A stretch of 64,000 nucleotides of DNA from a virus (taxonomy: Duplodnaviria > Caudoviricetes): the IMG/VR virus record IMGVR_UViG_3300044655_001017, one strand, 5' to 3'. Shown piece by piece: positions 17,175 to 29,600 of the stretch. A program made the position numbers and the translations under genes. The notes beneath the pieces are model-generated. The model was not told the DNA's origin, did not search any database, and saw only the letters and a list, made by a program, of their open reading frames with translations. Numbering within the stretch: the stretch's first letter is position 1; the number at the start of each line of letters is the position of its first letter.

Positions 17175-18353
17175 ATGGCTTTAGATTCAATTGTTGATAA
17201 AATTATCGTAGCTCGCGTAGGCTTACTATTACGCCATCCTTTCTTTGGTACTATGGCAACACGTTTAAAAATTGTAGACGGATCCGACTGGTGTCCAACT
17301 GCAGCAACTGACGGTCGTCATATCTTTTATAATCGTGAGTTTTTTGAACCGTTAACTGTAAAACAAATTGAATTTGTTATTGGTCATGAAATTCTACACA
17401 ACGTTTTTGATCACATGTCACGTCGTGATGGTCGCAATCCTAAAATCTTTAATATTGCATGTGACTATAATGTAAATGGTCAGTTAATTCGTGATAAGAT
17501 CGGTGAAGTTCCGCCTGTTATTAAAATCTTCCACGACACTAACTATTACGGTATGGGTTCTGAAGAAATTTATGATAAGTTACTAGAAGATCACGATGAA
17601 GAGTCACTTTCTAAAATCGGTGAAATGCTCGACGAACACATTGACTGGGAAAGTGCAGGCCCAAACGGTCGTCCAACATACAGTAAAGAAGAATTGAAAA
17701 AGATTCGTGATGAGATTCGTGAAGCCACTATGACTGCAGCACAAGCAGCTGGTGCAGGTAATACTCCGGCAAGTATTGCGCGGTTGATTAGAGATCTTAC
17801 TGAATCTAAAATGAACTGGCGTGAGATTTTACGTCAGCAAATTCAAAGTACTATTAAAAATGACTTTTCGTTTATGCGTCCTAACAGAAAAGGTTGGCAC
17901 ATGAATGCTATTTTGCCAGGTACTAACTATGACGAAACAATTGATATCTGTGTTGCAATCGATATGTCAGGTTCAATTGGCGATGATCAAGCTAGAGATT
18001 TCTTAAGTGAGATTAAAGGCATCATGCAAGAGTATCAAGACTTTAGTATTAAGTTATGGTGCTTTGATACACAAGTATACAACGAAGCATCATTTACCGG
18101 TTATACTATTTCTGAATTTGATGAATATCAACCAAAAGGTGGCGGTGGTACTGACTTTGATGTTAACTGGGAATATATGAAGGAAAATGACATTGTTCCT
18201 AAAAAGTTCATTATGTTTACTGACGGGTATCCGTTTGGCAGTTGGGGCGACGAAACGTACACAGATACTTTATTTATTATACACGGTAATGATTCAATTG
18301 TTCCACCATGGGGCGAATATTCATACTATGAGTTTTCAAAAGAAAAGGCATAA
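17175..18353 (+). CDS. Metallopeptidase-like + vWA domain protein (DUF2201-like)
   Basis: TAATDG and HEILH (HExxH) in the N-terminal half; MIDAS DMSGS, GGGGTDF and FTDGY in the C-terminal half. Confidence 0.85.
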   Translation: MALDSIVDKIIVARVGLLLRHPFFGTMATRLKIVDGSDWCPTAATDGRHIFYNREFFEPLTVKQIEFVIGHEILHNVFDHMSRRDGRNPKIFNIACDYNVNGQLIRDKIGEVPPVIKIFHDTNYYGMGSEEIYDKLLEDHDEESLSKIGEMLDEHIDWESAGPNGRPTYSKEELKKIRDEIREATMTAAQAAGAGNTPASIARLIRDLTESKMNWREILRQQIQSTIKNDFSFMRPNRKGWHMNAILPGTNYDETIDICVAIDMSGSIGDDQARDFLSEIKGIMQEYQDFSIKLWCFDTQVYNEASFTGYTISEFDEYQPKGGGGTDFDVNWEYMKENDIVPKKFIMFTDGYPFGSWGDETYTDTLFIIHGNDSIVPPWGEYSYYEFSKEKA

Positions 18354-18641
18354 ATGGCACTAAAAAATGGAAAACCTAATCCATTAGATTATTTTAAAAT
18401 GCGGAGAGTAGATTTTGCTTGTCCGCATTTTGAATACTTTACTATTAATAAATCAAGAACGGATTTACTCGAATTTATTAATGAATGGATTACTAAAAAC
18501 TTAAATAGCAGATACTACATTGGAAAAGGAATTTCATTAGATAGTAATAACGCTATTGTTTACAACATTACAATTGGGTTTGAATCAGAAAAAGAACTTA
18601 GCTTTTTCACAATTGCATGCCCGTACATACATTCAAGATAA
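18354..18641 (+). CDS. Hypothetical protein
   Basis: 95 aa, abuts the upstream stop. Confidence 0.65.
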   Translation: MALKNGKPNPLDYFKMRRVDFACPHFEYFTINKSRTDLLEFINEWITKNLNSRYYIGKGISLDSNNAIVYNITIGFESEKELSFFTIACPYIHSR

Positions 18642-18672
18642 TTAAGTATATTAGACTTACAAAGGAAACATT

Positions 18673-18903
18673 ATGACAGAAAATACACAAGCAGTACCAG
18701 AAACTGCAGCAGAACCAACTCAAGAACAATCAGGTACAGATCTTACAATTAATGATCTAAACGCATTAAAAACTATTATTGACATTGCAAGTTCGCGTGG
18801 TGCATTTAAACCAAATGAAATGGTTGCTGTTGGTCAAACATACACCAAGTTAGATTCTTTTTTAGCAGCAATTGCCGAACAAGCTAAAGCAGGAGCTCAA
18901 TAA
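18673..18903 (+). CDS. Hypothetical protein
   Basis: 76 aa with an AAGGA RBS. Confidence 0.7.
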   Translation: MTENTQAVPETAAEPTQEQSGTDLTINDLNALKTIIDIASSRGAFKPNEMVAVGQTYTKLDSFLAAIAEQAKAGAQ

Positions 18904-19565
18904 TGGCTGAACTTAAACACGTCGGTCGAGTTATTGGATCAGGCAAAAAATGCATTGTAGCATATCGTACATTGCCAGGCGACGCATACAACTGCTTAGT
19001 TGTACCTACTGAAAACTTACCCGATAGTTATCACGATGCGTTAATTAACTTAGTTGAGAGTAATGCAGGACAAAGTTCATACGAATTTGCAGAAGCTATG
19101 GCGCGTACTAATTTTCCAGATGGATACATTATGTTAACTGCGTTACATACTCAAAATAGACTAGTTAAAGTTTCGACTGATCAAGTTGAAATGCTACCAA
19201 CTACATCACAGTCAATTAAATTGTCTGAATTAAATCAAATTATTGCAGAACAACGCGGTACTACAGTTGATGAGCTTTCATTAAAATCAGCAGTAAAAGA
19301 AGAACCGTTTAAAGAAAAAGAAACTGCAAAAACTGAAGATCCAAAAGCGGCACTTGTTGAACTATTGACTCCCGAGCAAAAAGCTAAACACTATCGTTCA
19401 GAAGCAGATCGCCTTTCAAAAGAAGCTGCATCTTTACGTAGACAAGCTGAAGAATTAGTACCAACTGCTAAAAAAGTTAAATCTGAAACTGTAGCAGAAG
19501 AAGTAGTAACTACAACTACCGCAAAAAAGGAAAAAGTTGTTAAAACAGACGAAACCGCTTCCTAA
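18903..19565 (+). CDS. Hypothetical protein with a charged C-terminal tail
   Basis: 220 aa, TAATG overlap with the upstream gene. Confidence 0.75.
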   Translation: MAELKHVGRVIGSGKKCIVAYRTLPGDAYNCLVVPTENLPDSYHDALINLVESNAGQSSYEFAEAMARTNFPDGYIMLTALHTQNRLVKVSTDQVEMLPTTSQSIKLSELNQIIAEQRGTTVDELSLKSAVKEEPFKEKETAKTEDPKAALVELLTPEQKAKHYRSEADRLSKEAASLRRQAEELVPTAKKVKSETVAEEVVTTTTAKKEKVVKTDETAS

Positions 19566-19857
19566 AGAAGTAGTTGCACACTGGCCAGAAGTATTTGAAG
19601 AGGTATCACTTAATGTGTTACCTCTTCTTTATTTGCATTCAGTAGTTATTAATTTTAAAGATAATAAGTCTTGGGAAATAAAATTAACAACTAAAATAAA
19701 AAAAGATGGATGGAATAGCTTTCAACAGAGTTTATCAGAATTGTTAAATTCGTATGAAGAAGAAATAGACGATGTAGATTTTAAACTAGATGCAGTAAAA
19801 GTAAAAAAAGATGTAGAAAAACTAACCAATAAATTTTTAAAGAAACAAAAATTATGA
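19537..19857 (+). CDS. Hypothetical protein
   Basis: 106 aa, TTG start with an upstream AAGG, overlaps thyX. Confidence 0.6.
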   Translation: MLKQTKPLPKEVVAHWPEVFEEVSLNVLPLLYLHSVVINFKDNKSWEIKLTTKIKKDGWNSFQQSLSELLNSYEEEIDDVDFKLDAVKVKKDVEKLTNKFLKKQKL

Positions 19858-20621
19858 ACATTAAATTAGTATCATATTCTCAACCAACTGAAGAATTTGC
19901 TGAATTAGGAATTACCGATGCACAAGAACTTATAGCATTTTGCGCTCGTGTAAGTAATCCGTCAAATCAGTTTAATACAGAAACTTCAGAAAAACTTATC
20001 AACTACTTAATTAAGCATGCGCATTGGTCACCGCTTGAAATGGTTAATGTGTGTTTAGAAGTAAATACCACCCGCGATATTGCACGTCAATTACTACGTC
20101 ACGCTTCATTTAGATTCCAAGAGTTTAGTCAACGCTATGCAGATCCAACAAACGATCTGTCTTTTGAAATACGCGATGCTAGATTTCAAGATCCTAAAAA
20201 TCGTCAAAATTCAATTACAATTAATACTGCAGAAGAAGAGGCGATTAATGACGAATGGCATCTAAGACAAGAAGCTCATATTAATTCAGCAAAAGCACAA
20301 TATGAATGGGCAATTAGCAAAGGCATTGCTAAAGAGCAAGCTCGTGTCGTTCTTCCAGAAGGCAACACTAAAAGTCGTGTGTATGTTAACGGGACGTTGC
20401 GCTCATGGATTCATTACATACAAGTGCGCAGTAACGTGGATACACAGCTTGAACACAAACAAGTTGCAGTAGCGTGTGCGCAAGCAATTAGCGCAGTATT
20501 TCCAATGGTAAATGACTTTGTTTATAAGGAAGAACCAGTTTTAGAACCTATTAAAGAAGAAATTGTTGAACCTAAAAAACTTAAATGGCATCAACACTTT
20601 TTTAATTTTTACAAACACTAA
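19854..20621 (+). CDS. thyX: Flavin-dependent thymidylate synthase
   Basis: ARVS, HWSPLE, RHASFRFQEFSQRY (RHx-x7-S), EQARVVLP, TLRSWIHY and TQLEH motifs. Confidence 0.93.
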   Translation: MNIKLVSYSQPTEEFAELGITDAQELIAFCARVSNPSNQFNTETSEKLINYLIKHAHWSPLEMVNVCLEVNTTRDIARQLLRHASFRFQEFSQRYADPTNDLSFEIRDARFQDPKNRQNSITINTAEEEAINDEWHLRQEAHINSAKAQYEWAISKGIAKEQARVVLPEGNTKSRVYVNGTLRSWIHYIQVRSNVDTQLEHKQVAVACAQAISAVFPMVNDFVYKEEPVLEPIKEEIVEPKKLKWHQHFFNFYKH

Positions 20622-20628
20622 TCACAAC

Positions 20629-20650
20629 AAAGCCGGCATATGCCGGCTTT
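20629..20650. terminator. Bidirectional terminator between convergent gene blocks
   Basis: Perfect 22-bp palindrome AAAGCCGGCATATGCCGGCTTT between the thyX stop and the giant fibre stop. Confidence 0.85.
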
Positions 20651-20661
20651 ATCATTTATAT

Positions 20662-23600
20662 TTACAAGTTAAAATCCTTACTATACGTCTTACCTACTAC
20701 TAAAGGAGCATCTTTAAAATATACGTTCACAAACGCTTTTCCTCGAAATGCATTGTCTGGAATTGATAGTGTAGATGTAGAACTCGACTCTCCAACTGTA
20801 GAAAACGAATAATCGTTTGGATCAACTAATTCATACGTTGCCTCATATACTTTTTTGTGTATATTATTAGTAGCACTTGTAATATTATCAGTAACAGATA
20901 TAGTAGACCAGTCATTGTTTACAACGTTTGATATCCCTCCGGTTAACTCACGCGACGGTATTGCAGGTAATGATGGTAGTAATACTGGTCCTGTAATGGG
21001 ACCAGTATTACCTCCTCCTTGCACTGGTCCAATAATAACAATTCCAGCATTTGGGTCTGCTAACCCAATTGCTGTTGTTTTTGTTGCAGTTTTACCATCT
21101 ACAAACGTAATTGTTAATATTGCTGATCCAATTATACCATATGGTATAGTGCCAGTTCCTGTTCCTGTCTGTATAGGTAAGGTTATCTGTGGAGAAACAC
21201 CTACAGTAACACCAGTACCGCCAGTACTATATGTGTAAACTGCAGTTTTTGATATAATTTCTAACTGACTTGTTGTTGTATCAGATACTACAAACACAGT
21301 ATTAGAACCGTTTTTAGTATTTGAGGTAGTAGTAAAGCTTCCAGTAATTACACGTAATGCTTCGTCAACTGCAGTTCTACCACTTGTAGATTCAGTCGCA
21401 TAACCTGTAGCATTTCTTGCAATAACTGTTACTGTATAATTTACATACTGTTGCAAATTATTATATGCGCGTATAAAGAGTCCGTTATTTTCAGAAATTA
21501 TTGTCGGATAGTTTGGATTTACATCTATATTTGTTTCATAACTAGCTACTGCACCACCTGAGGTCGGAGCCCTCCATTGGATTGCTAAACTCGAAGGTGA
21601 TATTGCACTAATTAACAAACTAGTAGGTTTTCCGGGAGATGCAGGTGGTTGCTGTATTAACTCCTGTATTCCAAACGATCTCGTAATTGGTAACGTTCTA
21701 TCATCTCGAAAATGCAACGTTAATGTTGCAGATCCAATAACACCTGCTGGCATTACAAATGAAGTTATTGGTGTGTTTCCCGCTAGTGTATCATATTTTT
21801 GAACGTTATATTGAGGAGCTGCCTCACCACCAACATACCCAGTAACATATGATGCTAAGAATGATCTGCCATCAATATTAGCTGATACAATATTGTCAGA
21901 TATAGAAATAGTAACAAAATTAGTAGTACCTTGTCGCGTACTAGTTATATTAAATTCACCTGTGTAATCTTGCGGTAGTAAGGTAAACGCAGTAGTAGCA
22001 GTTGTCTGTGCAGAATTTGATCCTGACACATTAATTGCAGTTACTGTAATTGTATATAATGTATGTTGAGTTAACCCCGATAATGTAGTTGTGTACAAAT
22101 CTCCAGATGCATCTGTTGTTGTATAGATTGTGTCAGTACCATTAATTGGAGTACTTGTCGCATATTGTGCAGAAACTGTATATCGGTCAGCTGACCCACC
22201 TATTGGGCTAGTAGTCTTACGCCAGTGAACTAACATTGACGTGTTTTGTATTCGACTTACACTTACTGCCGACGGTGCGCCTGCTACCGATTGCACTGCA
22301 GGTAAATTAGATTTTTCTGTCGAAACTGTTAATTTTTGTCCATCTGCATATGTTAATGTTAAAAATCCTTGGCAGTCAGTCGAAAATGCAATATCAATTG
22401 GGTTTGGTGCCGACTGAGCTGCTGTCTTAGTTGCTTTAGTACCGTATACATAATAATAAGTACGTTGTGCGCTAATATCATCACTAGTAATGTTAGCTGT
22501 TATTGATGCAATTACTTTAGTACGATTTGTGTCGTAAGCTAAATTTAAAGTTAATGTACCTGAATATTCATGCACTGTACCAGGTGAAATTGTACGACCA
22601 GTCCACGGAGTCCACGATCCTATATTATCGCCATACTGTGATTCAACATACTCAAAAGTAATTGATACCATACCATCGTCTGGGTTTGACCCTGCAAATC
22701 TAAATCCAGTCGGGACATACGATGTTCCGCCTTTGCCGCCAGTTGCACCATCTTTAGATGTATTACCAAGAGTTCCGGCGGCGCCACCTGGGGCGCCGCC
22801 ACCACCGCCACCGGCGCCACCTTTACCGCTTCCATCAGAGCCTGTTACACCGTTAGAAATTGCAGAATAAGATGATGATTGGTTAGTAGCAGAGGCATTA
22901 CCACCTGCACCACCGCTTTCTGTTGAATAACTTCCTCCGCCGCCGCCACCTGCACCTACACATACCGGGGTTCCTACAAAAGAAGTCCCAATAAATATTG
23001 CAGATGCGCCGCCGCCTGCACCGCCGCCGCCTGATTCAGATGCACCACTCTTCCCTCCAGAGCCGCCTATTCCTAATACGTTGTTAACAGCAATACCCGG
23101 TGCATACCGAACACTTTCTGCCGGAGTTCCTAGTTGCCCGACTACTACGGATAAAGAAGTAGCTGATGTTAATGCAGTCGATGTACCACTTATTGAATCA
23201 CCAGGAGTTGGATTTCTACTATATCCCATACTTCCGGCAGCTCCTGAAACAACAACTGATTTAACTTTCACACCGTCTCGAAATACGATAACACCCGATA
23301 CTCCGTAATGTTTAGTAACCGTTTTTATTACATCTGTAATAGTTAGTGTAGCAGTTCTAGTATTCCCATCTTCAAATTTTGCAGTAAACGTACCAACACC
23401 TGCACCGGGGTTACTATCTTTATACTCTATTGTTAACTTACCAGTACTATCTAAATTTGCTTTATGCCACGAACTGTTGCTTGTAAAAGTACCTGTACCA
23501 ACTATTGATATTAACACTTGTGAGCCAGCTTTACCACCTGTTATCATTACGTTTGAAGTTCCATTAGATCCGCGTGACGCAGGATCAATTACTATCGATT

Positions 23601-26600
23601 GATTATATATTGTTGCAACTTCTAATGTAATATCTGCACTACTAACAAACAATGATGCATTTGTATAAGGATTGTTAGTAGTAAATTTTATAGTAAATGC
23701 CAAATAACCAGTTAATCCGACAACTGGACTTGCTTGTAAATTTGCAAAAACTTGATAGGTATTTGATGATAAAAATGTAGTATCTTTAGTTGTTAACACA
23801 CCAGTTGTTTCGTTAGCACCTAGTGACCGGCGTATTAATGGATTAGTTGTTTCTACAGTAATTGTTATTGGTAATATTCTATCAACTGGATCAAATTGAG
23901 CTACTACTTTATACACAGTAGTATCAGTAACTTTTAATGTAAACGGCTGTTCTTTGATAGATGCAATAATTTGTGGTTTTGGAGGTTCATTAACTGTTAA
24001 TATAGCAGAACACGATGGTGTTTTGCTATTAAAACTTGCAGTAAATGTTTTAATTCCACCAGTTTTCCATGTACTAATGTTTGCTGTGTAATTTCCATTT
24101 ACATCTAATTTAAATCCTTGTCCAACTGCATAGTCCACACCCATATCTTTCACAGGAGCACCAGTTGAAAGTATAGACCCCTGATCTTCAGGTTTACCGC
24201 CGCTAATACTCAATGTAGACACTTCGTTATAATTAACAGTTGGCTTAACAATTTTCATAGTTGGGGCATATACAATTGCAATTGGAGGTGCATTAGGAAC
24301 TATAAATTCTAATATTTTAGAAGTTATAGTACACGTTGGTTCTGTTACACTTGTAAATTGAACTTGAAACTGTTCGGAATTTTTAATCTCTTGACGATAT
24401 GCTGATGTATATGTAATTTCAAGCGTTGAGGTGCTACTAGTAGTTACAATTTTAGAATTAGTCGAACCTTGATTTAATGCTCCAAAAATAAATGTGTGTG
24501 ATGCATTAACAATAGAACACTTAAATTGTTCACCAGTAAACGCAGGAGACACTGCAGCTGTAATTCTTAAAGTTCCAGTTTCCTTGTTAACAACTGCTGA
24601 TGCTGACGCTGGCATAGTAATACCTGCGATACTTCCAACACCGTTACCATTAAAATAACCTGTAATATCAACAGTATGTTTTAGTTTTTTTGAAGTATCC
24701 TCAAGTTTTACTTTTGGACTTGACCCTTGATTTGTTAACACTTTTCCAGGTTCGGTAGCGTCTACTGATATATAAAATTCAGTTACTGTATCGTCTAACT
24801 GATTTGCAACTGCAGTAAAATCAAACCAAGTATTATTAGATGGATCTTTAGTTTTACTTCCACTATTAGTTTGTAACCCTAATCGTTTATAATCAACACC
24901 AATTAAAGTCCAGCTTATTAAAGTACCGGCAGGAACTGACGTTGGCGTTGTAACTGTAAATCGAACTGTGTTCTTTGTTGGTGTTTCATCAATTGTCAGA
25001 AAATTAGCAGTAATTACATACGAATCCGGAGCAACTAATGTAAATGTAGGTTTAAGACCAGTAGACCCAAACCGTAAATTAGTACTTTGAGGGAGACTAT
25101 AATTAAGAGTATGTGGCTGATTTAATAGTTGGTTACCTGTTACTGTCCGGACATCGCTAATCTTACCTGTTGCCGGCGCTTGAGAAAGTGCTGTAGGATC
25201 CGGAACACTAACTATGCGTTCTACTGTAAAAGGAGCCGGAGTTGGTGTATATGCATCTGGATCAGCAAAAATTTCAATTGTTGTAAATGGATAATAATAG
25301 GGTACAAATACTTTATACACTAAATCTGGAGCATTTTTTCCTGCTGGACTATGTATTAAAGTATTACCAGTATCAAGATAAATATCTATGTTTTTAAGGT
25401 AATACAGCTCTACATATGTATACGTATTGGAATGGTTTATCTCGTATGTTAAGAGAGCTCCGCCAATTCTTAATTCAAGAAGAACTGCAAACCCTATCCA
25501 TATGGCAGATAAACTAGGTGTTGCAACACTAAAATCAAGTTTGGCTTGGTTAGCAGGTAGAGTTATTGAACCAGTTAACACCAATTGCGGCGGCAGCACT
25601 GGAGTGCCTGTACCAGCTATATTTTTCCAAGGCACAATCACCCAGTCAATTACCCGATCCGATGCAGTAGGTCCATCGGTAGTAAGAGTAAACTCCATTG
25701 GATCACCTAGTATAACCTTACTATACTTAGCTGTTAAGTACCAGTATTTATAATTTGGTGTAGTTGGACCACCTGGGGTAGTTGTAACTGGACCACCTGG
25801 GGTAGGTGTAACTGGACCACCTGGAGTAGTTGTAACTGGTGCATCTTTAATTGTTACTGTCCCGCTAGATACATAACTAGATTGCGCAAGGTTGTATAAT
25901 CTAACAGTAAAAGGTCTGCTACCTTTTGCTGGGTTAGGATTAACAGTAGTTAACGTAAGTGTTCCGGCATATCCGGTAATTAAATTTACATTTAGTGTCA
26001 TGCTACCTTCACCAAAATCGCTAGCGGTAATTGCGCCAGGGACTGTTGAGACAATCTCGCATAACAACTGTGTATTAATATCAAGCTTTGGTGACGTAAC
26101 TTCAAATACTATAACATTACCTGCCGTAACCTCGCGGGCTGTTTCTTTAATTTTATACGGTGTATCCTCAGTAATAGTAATAGTTGGGCTACCGCCTGTT
26201 AATATAATTAATACATTACTTTGATATATTTCAACTTGGAACTGTTCCGACCCTTCTGGAGCGATGAGTGAACCAACTGTTGTTGATATAGAAAGATTGT
26301 AAGAACTTGCTTCTTTAGTTACTATAAACGACCCAGTTAAACTAGCCGGTGAAAAATCAGAGCCGTCTAACGTGCTACCATTAGCACCTACTCCAATAAG
26401 TCTATAAGAGTATGTTATGTCTTGTAGTAACTTTGGAGTTGAGAATACAAATGTTGCTGTATTACCCTCCATTACTGAATTATTTGGAGTAGTTGAAGTT
26501 AATGTATATACTGCAAGTTCTGTAATTTTTACAATTGGACTCGGTAAACCTAACGTAACCGGTGTTTGACTACCTTGAGGTCTTAATTCAATACGGAATG

Positions 26601-29600
26601 ATTCATCAACTTCTTTAGGTGAATTAGCTGCAGCAAGTAACGTAAAATTACCTAAACCATATTGATCAATCGTAACTGGATTAGTTAACGATGACAATCC
26701 AACAAAATCATCAGAAGTTATAGTACTGTTAGCTTCAGGAACAATCGTATATGTCATTGTTGTACCAAACGAAGCATCCGGAGTTGAAATATCAAATCTT
26801 ACGCCAGTTGAACTACCTTCTGTAATTGAAGAATTATTTGCTTTAATTAGGTAAGGAGTTGCATCAACTAATGATACTGGCATTGCGCTAGTAGCAACCT
26901 CTGTGCCGTTAACTGACCCAGTACGTAACACAAGTAAGAACATACGATCAGCGTCAATTCTATTATTATTTGCAGAAGCTGTTACAGTAATAGTAGTGCG
27001 ACCTAATTTACTTGCAGTGCCCGGATTGTCATATGTAATATATACCGGAGATGAACTTTGAGTTTGCAATAATTCGCAATTATTACTTCTAACTGTCGAC
27101 CAATAAAGCGGAGTTGCTGGTAATACGTTATCTGTAAGAACGTCAAATATAACCGATTCACCTTCTATAATTTTTGTTTTTCTAGGAACAACATCGTATG
27201 TTGGTGGTTCTGGTTCTGGAACCACTATAGTTTGAGAGGTGTCAACCATAGTAACAACTGTACTAGTAGCTAATAAAGTTCCTGATGTACTCCACAATTT
27301 TAACCCAAAATTCTTAATACCCGATTCAGTAAATGTATCTTTGTTTATTGTTCTAAAAATCTTTGCAGAATTACCATTAACTGTAACTGATCCGGATGTT
27401 GAATCAGTAAAGTCCGGATGATCGGTTGTGTTTATGGTACCAAGGGTTGAAAACGTAGTCCAGTTTAACTGGAGTTTTTCTTGATCTGAAATCCATGGTG
27501 TAGTAACATTAAACTGTACAGTATCGCCTTCGTTAGCTGACACTACCGACGGACTAATAGTATATGGTATAATCTCATTTAATGTAATTAACTCCGACTC
27601 TTTTTGAACTGCACCTAATTTTGAATCAATACGTAATTGAATCTTGAATGTTTCAGGCTCTTCAGTTACATTATCACGTCTAGCTGAAATAATAAATGAA
27701 CCTTTATTTTTTGTAGTAAGTGCATACCCATCTAATCGTTGTGCTGCGCCACCTTGCGCATCCGATACAATAAAATCATCAGCAGTAATATTACCAGCAT
27801 GTCTTAGTGTAGTCCAAAATATTTTAGTGTTGTCCGGTAAAGATGGTGTTGTAAAACTAAAAGTAATTGCAGTTGAGCCTTCAGTAAATGACGGTGTAGA
27901 CGCATTAATTGTAAACCCAACATCTTCACCAATTGTAACTATCGAACTAGTAGCAACCTTAGTACTAATTGCAGAGCCTGTTTTTAAAATTAAATGGAAC
28001 GATTCTTTGCCTTCAGTTAATGCGTCAAGAATTGCAACCCTAGGAATAGTTCCCATGTTACCGTTAATCTCAACAGTACCTGATAATCTGTTATCTGTAA
28101 AATCCGATGCTGTAATTGATCCAGTATCTACTACAGTTTGCCAGTATAATAGTGTTCCGTTTGCTAAAAATGGTGTTTTAACTTCAAAATTAACACCTGG
28201 TTGATTTTCAACAATATATGATGTTGTTGGTAAAATTTCATAAGCAACGGTTTCAGTAATAGAAGTAAGTTGGCTTGAAACTAAAATTGGGCCGCTAGTA
28301 CCTTCAGATGCCCGAATTTCTAAATGAAATTGTTCAATACCTTCTACTAATAAATCGGTTGCAGCACGTCTAAGAATACTACCTTTATTAGCATTAATTA
28401 CAACCGTACCATCGATTGCGTTATCTGTAAAATCAGATGCGATAACAACACCTTGTCTAGACACAGTAGTCCAGTATAATATAGTACCATTAGTCAACCA
28501 CGGTGTAGTAAGATCAAACATAACACCTGCTCCAAGTGCACCGCTTGTAGTACTTTCTGCCATTGTTGCCGGAGTTCTAAGTAATTGATAGGTTACAGTT
28601 TCGTCAATAGTAATTGGATCACTATCAACTAACCATTTTGTCATCCCAACGTCTGAATATACCGATAAATGAAATGTTTCATTACCTTCAGTTAACAAAT
28701 CTTTTTTTGCTTTTCTAACAACAATACCAACGTTATTTTTTATAACAACTGAACCAGTTAATGTACCATCAGTAAAATCTGTAGCTGTTAGCACACCGTT
28801 ATCTTTAACTGTTTTCCAATATAATTTTGTATTTACTGGAAGTTTTGGTGTGTTAATAGTAAACGTTACTTTAGTTGTTGAATCTTCTGGAATAGAATTA
28901 TCATCAGCAAGTACAACATACGGTACATCTGGTTCAATAGAAACTTTATCAGTAATTTTTACTAATTCACTAGTTTGAACAGTTTTTGAAATACCAGTAT
29001 CTAGATTAACTACTGACAACACAATTTGATAAGATTCTGCAGTAGTTTCAGATAATGTATCTTCATAAATTGTTCTATACAATTCAGTTAAGTTTCCATA
29101 TACTGTGATAACGCCATTTAATCTATTATCTAAAAAGTCGTTTGCTTGAAGTGACGGTGTTAATACTTTTGTTGACCAATATAAATCAGTTCCATCTTTT
29201 ACATTTTTAGTAACAATTCGGTATAATATAGTTTGACCTTCTGTTACTGCAGTTGTTGACAACGGTAAAATTGAATATGTCGGCGCAGGTGGTGTCAACG
29301 AAGTGTCTGTAATTATTTCTAATGAACTTAATTGTGCAAGTACTGGACTTTTAGGATCGTTATCAATTCTTAATTGAACTTGGAATTGTTCTTTACCTTC
29401 TGTAAATAAGTCTGCAGCCGGAATTAATGTAAATGTTCCAGTATTGCCTACAATATCAACTGTTCCGTATAACGTGTTTAATACAAGATCCGATGTTGGA
29501 TCAAAATCAGATTTTGAAATACTAGTACCAAACACTGTAAAATATAACAAGCCGTCGGAGAAATTCGTAGTTGTTACAGTAAACACAACATTAAGATTTG

